NCBI RefSeq assembly: GCF_009914755.1 | Contig: NC_060942.1 | From: the human T2T-CHM13v2.0 reference genome, Homo sapiens | Length of the DNA: 64,000 nt | Direction: 5' to 3' (one strand) | Part shown: one piece after another, positions 10,851-23,300 of the stretch | How positions within the stretch are numbered: position 1 is the first letter of the stretch | How the letters are laid out: the number at the start of each line of letters is the position of its first letter | Translations under genes and position numbers: made by a program | The notes under the pieces: generated by a model | Seen by the model: only the letters and a program-made list of their open reading frames with translations | Databases searched by the model: none | What the model was told of the DNA's origin: nothing

Positions 10851-13800
10851 CTCAACTAAAGGAGTAGAACCTTTCTTTTCATAGAGAAGTTTTGAAACGC
10901 TCTTTTTGTGGAATCTGCAAGTGGATATTTGGCTAGTTTTGAGGATTTCGTTGGAAGCGGGAATTCATACAAATTGCAGACTGCAGCGTTCTGAGAAACA
11001 TCTTTGTGATGTTTGTATTCAGGACACAGAGTTGAACATTCCCTATCATAGAGCAGGTTGGAATCACTCCTTTTGTAGTATCTGGAAGTGGACATTTGGA
11101 GCGCTTTCAGGCCTATGTTGGAAAAGGAAATATCTTCCCATAACAACTAGACAGAAGCATTCTCAGAAACTTATTTGAGATGTGTGTACTCAACTAAGAG
11201 AATTGAACCACCGTTTTGAAGGAGCAGTTTTGAAACTCTCTTTTTCTGGAATCTGCAAGTGGATATTTGGCTAGCTTTGGGGATTTCGCTGGAAGCGGGA
11301 ATACATATAAAAAGCACACAGCAGCGTTCTGAGAAACTGCTTTCTGATGTTTGCATTCAAGTCAAAAGTTGAACACTCCCTTTCATAGAGCAGTCTTGAA
11401 ACACCCCTTTTGTAGTATCTGGAACTGGACTTTTGGAGCGATTTCAGGGCTAAGGTGAAAAAGGAAATATCTTCCCATAAAAACTGGACAGAAGCATTCT
11501 CAGAAACTTGGTTATGCTGTATCTACTCAACTAACAAAGTTGAACCTTTCTTTTGATAGAGCAGTTTTGAAATGGTCTTTTTGTGGAATCTGCAAGTGGA
11601 TATTTGGCTAGTTTTGAGGATTTCGTTGGAAGCGGGAATTCATACAAATTGCAGACTGCAGCGTTCTGAGAAACATCTTTGTGATGTTTGTATTCAGGAC
11701 ACAGAGTTGAACATTCCCTATCATAGAGCAGGTTGGAATCACTCCTTTTGTAGTATCTGGAAGTGGACATTTGGAGCGCTTTCAGGCCTATTTTGGAAAG
11801 GGAAATATCTTCCCGTAACAACTATGCAGAAGCATTCTCAGAAACTTGTTTGTGATGTGTGCCCTCTACTGACAGAGTTGAACCTTTCTTTTCATAGAGC
11901 AGTTTTGAAACACTCTTTTTGTAGAATCTGCAAGAGGATATTTGCATAGCTTTGAGGATTTCGTGGGAAACGGGATTGTCTTCAGGTAAAATCTAGACAG
12001 AAGCATTCTCAGAAACTTCTTTGGGATGTTTGCATTCAAGTCACAGAGTAGAACATTCCCTTTGGTAGAGCAGGTTTGAAACACTCTTTTTGTAGTATCT
12101 GGAAGTGGACATTTGGAGCGCTTTCAGGCCCATGTTGGAAAGGGAAATATCTTCCCGTAACAACTAGGCAGAAGCATTCTCAGAAACTTATTTGAGATGT
12201 GTGTACTCAACTAAGAGAATTGAACCACCGTTTTGAAGGAGCAGTTTTGAAACACTCTTTTTCTGGAATCTGCAAGAGTATATTTGCCTAGCCTTGAGGA
12301 TTTCGTTGGAAACGGGATTGTCTTCAGAGAAAATCTAGACAGAAGCATTCTCAGAAACTTCTTTGGGATGTTTGCATTCAAGTCACAGAGTAGAACATTC
12401 CCTTTGGTAGAGCAGGTTTGAAACACTCTTTTTTTAGTATATGGAAGTGGACATTTGGATCGCTTTCAGGCCTACGTTGGAAAAGGAAATATCTTCCCAT
12501 AACAACTAGACAGAAGCATTCTCAGAAACTAGTTTCTGATGTGTGTCCTCAACTAACACAGTTGAACATTTCTTTAGACAGAACAGTTTTGAAACACTCT
12601 TTTTGTGGAATCTGCAAGTGGCTATTTGGCTAGATTTGAGGATTTCGTTGGAAACGGGATTACATATAAAAAGCAGTCAGCAGCATTCTCAGAAAGTTCT
12701 TTGTGATGATTGCATTCAAGTCACAGAATTGAACATTCCCTTTCACAGAGCAGGTTTGAAACACTCTTTTTGTAGTGTGTGTAAGTGGACATTTGGAGCA
12801 CTTACCGGCCTAAGGTGAAAAAGGAAATATCTTCCCATAAAAACTAGACAGAAGCATTCTCAGAAACTTACTCGTGATGTGTGTCCTCAACTAAAGGAGT
12901 AGAACCTTTCTTTTCATAGAGAAGTTTTGAAACGCTCTTTTTGTGGAATCTGCAAGTGGATATTTGGCTAGTTTTGAGGATTTCGTTGGAAGCGGGAATT
13001 CATACAAATTGCAGACTGCAGCGTTCTGAGAAACATCTTTGTGATGTTTGTATTCAGGACACAGAGTTGAACATTCCCTATCATAGAGCAGGTTTGAATC
13101 ACTCCTTTTGTAGTATCTGGAAGTGGACATTTGGAGCGCTTTCAGGCCTATGTTGGAAAAGGAAATATCTTCCCATAACAACTAGACAGAAGCATTCTCA
13201 GAAACTTATTTGAGATGTGTGTACTCAACTAAGAGAATTGAACCACCGTTTTGAAGGAGCAGTTTTGAAACACTCTTTTTCTGGAATCTGCAAGTGGATA
13301 TTTGGCTAGCTTTGGGGATTTCGCTGGAAGCGGGAATACATATAAAAAGCACACAGCAGCGTTCTGAGAAACTGCTTTCTGATGTTTGCATTCAAGTCAA
13401 AAGTTGAACACTCCCTTTCATAGAGCAGTCTTGAAACACCCCTTTTGTAGTATCTGGACCTGGACTTTTGGAGCGATTTCAGGGCTAAGGTGAAAAAGGA
13501 AATATCTTCCCATAAAAACTGGACAGAAGCATTCTCAGAAACTTGGTTATGCTGTATCTACTCAACTAACAAAGTTGAACCTTTCTTTTGATAGAGCAGT
13601 TTTGAAATGGTCTTTTTGTGGAATCTGCAAGTGGATATTTGGCTAGTTTTGAGGATTTCGTTGGAAGCGGGAATTCATACAAATTGCAGACTGCAGCGTT
13701 CTGAGAAACATCTTTGTGATGTTTGTATTCAGGACACAGAGTTGAACATTCCCTATCATAGAGCAGGTTGGAATCACTCCTTTTGTAGTATCTGGAAGTG

Positions 13801-14920
13801 GACATTTGGAGCGCTTTCAGGCCTATTTTGGAAAGGGAAATATCTTCCCGTAACAACTATGCAGAAGCATTCTCAGAAACTTGTTTGTGATGTGTGCCCT
13901 CTACTGACAGAGTTGAACCTTTCTTTTCATAGAGCAGTTTTGAAACACTCTTTTTGTAGAATCTGCAAGAGGATATTTGCATAGCTTTGAGGATTTCGTG
14001 GGAAACGGGATTGTCTTCAGGTAAAATCTAGACAGAAGCATTCTCAGAAACTTCTTTGGGATGTTTGCATTCAAGTCACAGAGTAGAACATTCCCTTTGG
14101 TAGAGCAGGTTTGAAACACTCTTTTTGTAGTATCTGGAAGTGGACATTTGGAGCGCTTTCAGGCCCATGTTGGAAAGGGAAATATCTTCCCGTAACAACT
14201 AGGCAGAAGCATTCTCAGAAACTTATTTGAGATGTGTGTACTCAACTAAGAGAATTTAACCACCGTTTTGAAGGAGCAGTTTTGAAACACTCTTTTTCTG
14301 GAATCTGCAAGAGTATATTTGCCTAGCCTTGAGGATTTCGTTGGAAACGGGATTGTCTTCAGAGAAAATCTAGACAGAAGCATTCTCAGAAACTTCTTTG
14401 GGATGTTTGCATTCAAGTCACAGAGTAGAACATTCCCTTTGGTAGAGCAGGTTTGAAACACTCTTTTTTTAGTATATGGAAGTGGACATTTTGATCGCTT
14501 TCAGGCCTACGTTGGAAAAGGAAATATCTTCCCATAACAACTAGACAGAAGCATTCTCAGAAACTAGTTTCTGATGTGTGTCCTCAACTAACACAGTTGA
14601 ACATTTCTTTAGACAGAACAGTTTTGAAACACTCTTTTTGTGGAATCTGCAAGTGGCTATTTGGCTGGATTTGAGGATTTCGTTGGAAACGGGATTACAT
14701 ATAAAAAGCAGTCAGCAGCATTCTCAGAAAGTTCTTTGTGATGATTGCATTCAAGTCACAGAATTGAACATTCCCTTTCACAGAGCAGGTTTGAAACACT
14801 CTTTTTGTAGTGTGTGTAAGTGGACATTTGGAGCACTTACCGGCCTAAGGTGAAAAAGGAAATATCTTCCCATAAAAACTAGACAGAAGCATTCTCAGAA
14901 ACTTACTCGTGATGTGTGTC
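10851..14920 (+). repeat. Two canonical 12-mer HORs (U6, U7)
   Basis: Unit starts at 10851, 12886 and 14921, with 2035-bp spacing. Confidence 0.97.
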
Positions 14921-17630
14921 CTCAACTAAAGGAGTAGAACCTTTCTTTTCATAGAGAAGTTTTGAAACGCTCTTTTTGTGGAATCTGCAAGTGGATATTT
15001 GGCTAGTTTTGAGGATTTCGTTGGAAGCGGGAATTCATACAAATTGCAGACTGCAGCGTTCTGAGAAACATCTTTGTGATGTTTGTATTCAGGACACAGA
15101 GTTGAACATTCCCTATCATAGAGCAGGTTTGAATCACTCCTTTTGTAGTATCTGGAAGTGGACATTTGGAGCGCTTTCAGGCCTATGTTGGAAAAGGAAA
15201 TATCTTCCCATAACAACTAGACAGAAGCATTCTCAGAAACTTATTTGAGATGTGTGTACTCAACTAAGAGAATTGAACCACCGTTTTGAAGGAGCAGTTT
15301 TGAAACTCTCTTTTTCTGGAATCTGCAAGTGGATATTTGGCTAGCTTTGGGGATTTCGCTGGAAGCGGGAATACATATAAAAAGCACACAGCAGCGTTCT
15401 GAGAAACTGCTTTCTGATGTTTGCATTCAAGTCAAAAGTTGAACACTCCCTTTCATAGAGCAGTCTTGAAACACCCCTTTTGTAGTATCTGGAACTGGAC
15501 TTTTGGAGCGATTTCAGGGCTAAGGTGAAAAAGGAAATATCTTCCCATAAAAACTGGACAGAAGCATTCTCAGAAACTTGTTTATGCTGTATCTACTCAA
15601 CTAACAAAGTTGAACCTTTCTTTTGATAGAGCAGTTTTGAAATGGTCTTTTTGTGGAATCTGCAAGTGGATATTTGGCTAGTTTTGAGGATTTCGTTGGA
15701 AGCGGGAATTCATACAAATTGCAGACTGCAGCGTTCTGAGAAACATCTTTGTGATGTTTGTATTCAGGACACAGAGTTGAACATTCCCTATCATAGAGCA
15801 GGTTGGAATCACTCCTTTTGTAGTATCTGGAAGTGGACATTTGGAGCGCTTTCAGGCCTATGTTGGAAAAGGAAATATCTTCCCATAACAACTAGACAGA
15901 AGCATTCTCAGAAACTTATTTGAGATGTGTGTACTCAACTAAGAGAATTGAACCACCGTTTTGAAGGAGCAGTTTTGAAACTCTCTTTTTCTGGAATCTG
16001 CAAGTGGATATTTGGCTAGCTTTGGGGATTTCGCTGGAAGCGGGAATACATATAAAAAGCACACAGCAGCGTTCTGAGAAACTGCTTTCTGATGTTTGCA
16101 TTCAAGTCAAAAGTTGAACACTCCCTTTCATAGAGCAGTCTTGAAATACCCGTTTTGTAGTATCTGGAACTGGACTTTTGGAGCGATTTCAGGGCTAAGG
16201 TGAAAAAGGAAATATCTTCCCATAAAAACTGGACAGAAGCATTCTCAGAAACTTGTTTATGCTGTAACTACTCAACTAACAAAGTTGAACCTTTCTTTTG
16301 ATAGAGCAGTTTTGAAATGGTCTTTTTGTGGAATCTGCAAGTGGATATTTGGCTAGTTTTGAGGATTTCGTTGGAAGCGGGAATTCATACAAATTGCAGA
16401 CTGCAGCGTTCTGAGAAACATCTTTGTGATGTTTGTATTCAGGACACAGAGTTGAACATTCCCTATCATAGAGCAGGTTGGAATCACTCCTTTTGTAGTA
16501 TCTGGAAGTGGACATTTGGAGCGCTTTCAGGCCTATTTTGGAAAGGGAAATATCTTCCCGTAACAACTATGCAGAAGCATTCTCAGAAACTTGTTTGTGA
16601 TGTGTGCCCTCTACTGACAGAGTTGAACCTTTCTTTTCATAGAGCAGTTTTGAAACACTCTTTTTGTAGAATCTGCAAGAGGATATTTGCATAGCTTTGA
16701 GGATTTCGTGGGAAACGGGATTGTCTTCAGGTAAAATCTAGACAGAAGCATTCTCAGAAACTTCTTTGGGATGTTTGCATTCAAGTCACAGAGTAGAACA
16801 TTCCCTTTGGTAGAGCAGGTTTGAAACACTCTTTTTGTAGTATCTGGAAGTGGACATTTGGAGCGCTTTCAGGCCCATGTTGGAAAGGGAAATATCTTCC
16901 CGTAACAACTAGGCAGAAGCATTCTCAGAAACTTATTTGAGATGTGTGTACTCAACTAAGAGAATTGAACCACCGTTTTGAAGGAGCAGTTTTGAAACAC
17001 TCTTTTTCTGGAATCTGCAAGAGTATATTTGCCTAGCCTTGAGGATTTCGTTGGAAACGGGATTGTCTTCAGAGAAAATCTAGACAGAAGCATTCTCAGA
17101 AACTTCTTTGGGATGTTTGCATTCAAGTCACAGAGTAGAACATTCCCTTTGGTAGAGCAGGTTTGAAACACTCTTTTTTTAGTATATGGAAGTGGACATT
17201 TGGATCGCTTTCAGGCCTACGTTGGAAAAGGAAATATCTTCCCATAACAACTAGACAGAAGCATTCTCAGAAACTAGTTTCTGATGTGTGTCCTCAACTA
17301 ACACAGTTGAACATTTCTTTAGACAGAACAGTTTTGAAACACTCTTTTTGTGGAATCTGCAAGTGGCTATTTGGCTAGATTTGAGGATTTCGTTGGAAAC
17401 GGGATTACATATAAAAAGCAGTCAGCAGCATTCTCAGAAAGTTCTTTGTGATGATTGCATTCAAGTCACAGAATTGAACATTCCCTTTCACAGAGCAGGT
17501 TTGAAACACTCTTTTTGTAGTGTGTGTAAGTGGACATTTGGAGCACTTACCGGCCTAAGGTGAAAAAGGAAATATCTTCCCATAAAAACTAGACAGAAGC
17601 ATTCTCAGAAACTTACTCGTGATGTGTGTC
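14921..17630 (+). repeat. 16-mer HOR structural variant U8
   Basis: Length 2710 bp; hybrid 93-aa ORF at 15642-15923; same junction as U5. Confidence 0.96.
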
Positions 17631-20340
17631 CTCAACTAAAGGAGTAGAACCTTTCTTTTCATAGAGAAGTTTTGAAACGCTCTTTTTGTGGAATCTGCAA
17701 GTGGATATTTGGCTAGTTTTGAGGATTTCGTTGGAAGCGGGAATTCATACAAATTGCAGACTGCAGCGTTCTGAGAAACATCTTTGTGATGTTTGTATTC
17801 AGGACACAGAGTTGAACATTCCCTATCATAGAGCAGGTTTGAATCACTCCTTTTGTAGTATCTGGAAGTGGACATTTGGAGCGCTTTCAGGCCTATGTTG
17901 GAAAAGGAAATATCTTCCCATAACAACTAGACAGAAGCATTCTCAGAAACTTATTTGAGATGTGTGTACTCAACTAAGAGAATTGAACCACCGTTTTGAA
18001 GGAGCAGTTTTGAAACTCTCTTTTTCTGGAATCTGCAAGTGGATATTTGGCTAGCTTTGGGGATTTCGCTGGAAGCGGGAATACATATAAAAAGCACACA
18101 GCAGCGTTCTGAGAAACTGCTTTCTGATGTTTGCATTCAAGTCAAAAGTTGAACACTCCCTTTCATAGAGCAGTCTTGAAACACCCCTTTTGTAGTATCT
18201 GGAACTGGACTTTTGGAGCGATTTCAGGGCTAAGGTGAAAAAGGAAATATCTTACCATAAAAACTGGACAGAAGCATTCTCAGAAACTTGTTTATGCTGT
18301 ATCTACTCAACTAACAAAGTTGAACCTTTCTTTTGATAGAGCAGTTTTGAAATGGTCTTTTTGTGGAATCTGCAAGTGGATATTTGGCTAGTTTTGAGGA
18401 TTTCGTTGGAAGCGGGAATTCATACAAATTGCAGACTGCAGCGTTCTGAGAAACATCTTTGTGATGTTTGTATTCAGGACACAGAGTTGAACATTCCCTA
18501 TCATAGAGCAGGTTGGAATCACTCCTTTTGTAGTATCTGGAAGTGGACATTTGGAGCGCTTTCAGGCCTATGTTGGAAAAGGAAATATCTTCCCATAACA
18601 ACTAGACAGAAGCATTCTCAGAAACTTATTTGAGATGTGTGTACTCAACTAAGAGAATTGAACCACCGTTTTGAAGGAGCAGTTTTGAAACTCTCTTTTT
18701 CTGGAATCTGCAAGTGGATATTTGGCTAGCTTTGGGGATTTCGCTGGAAGCGGGAATACATATAAAAAGCACACAGCAGCGTTCTGAGAAACTGCTTTCT
18801 GATGTTTGCATTCAAGTCAAAAGTTGAACACTCCCTTTCATAGAGCAGTCTTGAAATACCCGTTTTGTAGTATCTGGAACTGGACTTTTGGAGCGATTTC
18901 AGGGCTAAGGTGAAAAAGGAAATATCTTCCCATAAAAACTGGACAGAAGCATTCTCAGAAACTTGTTTATGCTGTAACTACTCAACTAACAAAGTTGAAC
19001 CTTTCTTTTGATAGAGCAGTTTTGAAATGGTCTTTTTGTGGAATCTGCAAGTGGATATTTGGCTAGTTTTGAGGATTTCGTTGGAAGCGGGAATTCATAC
19101 AAATTGCAGACTGCAGCGTTCTGAGAAACATCTTTGTGATGTTTGTATTCAGGACACAGAGTTGAACATTCCCTATCATAGAGCAGGTTGGAATCACTCC
19201 TTTTGTAGTATCTGGAAGTGGACATTTGGAGCGCTTTCAGGCCTATTTTGGAAAGGGAAATATCTTCCCGTAACAACTATGCAGAAGCATTCTCAGAAAC
19301 TTGTTTGTGATGTGTGCCCTCTACTGACAGAGTTGAACCTTTCTTTTCATAGAGCAGTTTTGAAACACTCTTTTTGTAGAATCTGCAAGAGGATATTTGC
19401 ATAGCTTTGAGGATTTCGTGGGAAACGGGATTGTCTTCAGGTAAAATCTAGACAGAAGCATTCTCAGAAACTTCTTTGGGATGTTTGCATTCAAGTCACA
19501 GAGTAGAACATTCCCTTTGGTAGAGCAGGTTTGAAACACTCTTTTTGTAGTATCTGGAAGTGGACATTTGGAGCGCTTTCAGGCCCATGTTGGAAAGGGA
19601 AATATCTTCCCGTAACAACTAGGCAGAAGCATTCTCAGAAACTTATTTGAGATGTGTGTACTCAACTAAGAGAATTGAACCACCGTTTTGAAGGAGCAGT
19701 TTTGAAACACTCTTTTTCTGGAATCTGCAAGAGTATATTTGCCTAGCCTTGAGGATTTCGTTGGAAACGGGATTGTCTTCAGAGAAAATCTAGACAGAAG
19801 CATTCTCAGAAACTTCTTTGGGATGTTTGCATTCAAGTCACAGAGTAGAACATTCCCTTTGGTAGAGCAGGTTTGAAACACTCTTTTTTTAGTATATGGA
19901 AGTGGACATTTGGATCGCTTTCAGGCCTACGTTGGAAAAGGAAATATCTTCCCATAACAACTAGACAGAAGCATTCTCAGAAACTAGTTTCTGATGTGTG
20001 TCCTCAACTAACACAGTTGAACATTTCTTTAGACAGAACAGTTTTGAAACACTCTTTTTGTGGAATCTGCAAGTGGCTATTTGGCTAGATTTGAGGATTT
20101 CGTTGGAAACGGGATTACATATAAAAAGCAGTCAGCAGCATTCTCAGAAAGTTCTTTGTGATGATTGCATTCAAGTCACAGAATTGAACATTCCCTTTCA
20201 CAGAGCAGGTTTGAAACACTCTTTTTGTAGTGTGTGTAAGTGGACATTTGGAGCACTTACCGGCCTAAGGTGAAAAAGGAAATATCTTCCCATAAAAACT
20301 AGACAGAAGCATTCTCAGAAACTTACTCGTGATGTGTGTC
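17631..20340 (+). repeat. 16-mer HOR structural variant U9
   Basis: Length 2710 bp; hybrid 93-aa ORF at 18352-18633; same junction as U5 and U8. Confidence 0.96.
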
Positions 20341-23300
20341 CTCAACTAAAGGAGTAGAACCTTTCTTTTCATAGAGAAGTTTTGAAACGCTCTTTTTGTG
20401 GAATCTGCAAGTGGATATTTGGCTAGTTTTGAGGATTTCGTTGGAAGCGGGAATTCATACAAATTGCAGACTGCAGCGTTCTGAGAAACATCTTTGTGAT
20501 GTTTGTATTCAGGACACAGAGTTGAACATTCCCTATCATAGAGCAGGTTTGAATCACTCCTTTTGTAGTATCTGGAAGTGGACATTTGGAGCGCTTTCAG
20601 GCCTATGTTGGAAAAGGAAATATCTTCCCATAACAACTAGACAGAAGCATTCTCAGAAACTTATTTGAGATGTGTGTACTCAACTAAGAGAATTGAACCA
20701 CCGTTTTGAAGGAGCAGTTTTGAAACTCTCTTTTTCTGGAATCTGCAAGTGGATATTTGGCTAGCTTTGGGGATTTCGCTGGAAGCGGGAATACATATAA
20801 AAAGCACACAGCAGCGTTCTGAGAAACTGCTTTCTGATGTTTGCATTCAAGTCAAAAGTTGAACACTCCCTTTCATAGAGCAGTCTTGAAACACCCCTTT
20901 TGTAGTATCTGGAACTGGACTTTTGGAGCGATTTCAGGGCTAAGGTGAAAAAGGAAATATCTTACCATAAAAACTGGACAGAAGCATTCTCAGAAACTTG
21001 GTTATGCTGTATCTACTCAACTAACAAAGTTGAACCTTTCTTTTGATAGAGCAGTTTTGAAATGGTCTTTTTGTGGAATCTGCAAGTGGATATTTGGCTA
21101 GTTTTGAGGATTTCGTTGGAAGCGGGAATTCATACAAATTGCAGACTGCAGCGTTCTGAGAAACATCTTTGTGATGTTTGTATTCAGGACAGAGAGTTGA
21201 ACATTCCCTATCATAGAGCAGGTTGGAATCACTCCTTTTGTAGTATCTGGAAGTGGACATTTGGAGCGCTTTCAGGCCTATTTTGGAAAGGGAAATATCT
21301 TCCCGTAACAACTATGCAGAAGCATTCTCAGAAACTTGTTTGTGATGTGTGCCCTCTACTGACAGAGTTGAACCTTTCTTTTCATAGAGCAGTTTTGAAA
21401 CACTCTTTTTGTAGAATCTGCAAGAGGATATTTGCATAGCTTTGAGGATTTCGTGGGAAACGGGATTGTCTTCAGGTAAAATCTAGACAGAAGCATTCTC
21501 AGAAACTTCTTTGGGATGTTTGCATTCAAGTCACAGAGTAGAACATTCCCTTTGGTAGAGCAGGTTTGAAACACTCTTTTTGTAGTATCTGGAAGTGGAC
21601 ATTTGGAGCGCTTTCAGGCCCATGTTGGAAAGGGAAATATCTTCCCGTAACAACTAGGCAGAAGCATTCTCAGAAACTTATTTGAGATGTGTGTACTCAA
21701 CTAAGAGAATTGAACCACCGTTTTGAAGGAGCAGTTTTGAAACACTCTTTTTCTGGAATCTGCAAGAGTATATTTGCCTAGCCTTGAGGATTTCGTTGGA
21801 AACGGGATTGTCTTCAGAGAAAATCTAGACAGAAGCATTCTCAGAAACTTCTTTGGGATGTTTGCATTCAAGTCACAGAGTAGAACATTCCCTTTGGTAG
21901 AGCAGGTTTGAAACACTCTTTTTTTAGTATATGGAAGTGGACATTTGGATCGCTTTCAGGCCTACGTTGGAAAAGGAAATATCTTCCCATAACAACTAGA
22001 CAGAAGCATTCTCAGAAACTAGTTTCTGATGTGTGTCCTCAACTAACACAGTTGAACATTTCTTTAGACAGAACAGTTTTGAAACACTCTTTTTGTGGAA
22101 TCTGCAAGTGGCTATTTGGCTAGATTTGAGGATTTCGTTGGAAACGGGATTACATATAAAAAGCAGTCAGCAGCATTCTCAGAAAGTTCTTTGTGATGAT
22201 TGCATTCAAGTCACAGAATTGAACATTCCCTTTCACAGAGCAGGTTTGAAACACTCTTTTTGTAGTGTGTGTAAGTGGACATTTGGAGCACTTACCGGCC
22301 TAAGGTGAAAAAGGAAATATCTTCCCATAAAAACTAGACAGAAGCATTCTCAGAAACTTACTCGTGATGTGTGTCCTCAACTAAAGGAGTAGAACCTTTC
22401 TTTTCATAGAGAAGTTTTGAAACGCTCTTTTTGTGGAATCTGCAAGTGGATATTTGGCTAGTTTTGAGGATTTCGTTGGAAGCGGGAATTCACACAAATT
22501 GCAGACTGCAGCGTTCTGAGAAACATCTTTGTGATGTTTGTATTCAGGACACAGAGTTGAACATTCCCTATCATAGAGCAGGTTTGAATCACTCCTTTTG
22601 TAGTATCTGGAAGTGGACATTTGGAGCGCTTTCAGGCCTATGTTGGAAAAGGAAATATCTTCCCATAACAACTAGACAGAAGCATTCTCAGAAACTTATT
22701 TGAGATGTGTGTACTCAACTAAGAGAATTGAACCACCGTTTTGAAGGAGCAGTTTTGAAACTCTCTTTTTCTGGAATCTGCAAGTGGATATTTGGCTAGC
22801 TTTGGGGATTTCGCTGGAAGCGGGAATACATATAAAAAGCACACAGCAGCGTTCTGAGAAACTGCTTTCTGATGTTTGCATTCAAGTCAAAAGTTGAACA
22901 CTCCCTTTCATAGAGCAGTCTTGAAACACCCCTTTTGTAGTATCTGGAACTGGACTTTTGGAGCGATTTCAGGGCTAAGGTGAAAAAGGAAATATCTTCC
23001 CATAAAAACTGGACAGAAGCATTCTCAGAAACTTGGTTATGCTGTATCTACTCAACTAACAAAGTTGAACCTTTCTTTTGATAGAGCAGTTTTGAAATGG
23101 TCTTTTTGTGGAATCTGCAAGTGGATATTTGGCTAGTTTTGAGGATTTCGTTGGAAGCGGGAATTCATACAAATTGCAGACTGCAGCGTTCTGAGAAACA
23201 TCTTTGTGATGTTTGTATTCAGGACACAGAGTTGAACATTCCCTATCATAGAGCAGGTTGGAATCACTCCTTTTGTAGTATCTGGAAGTGGACATTTGGA

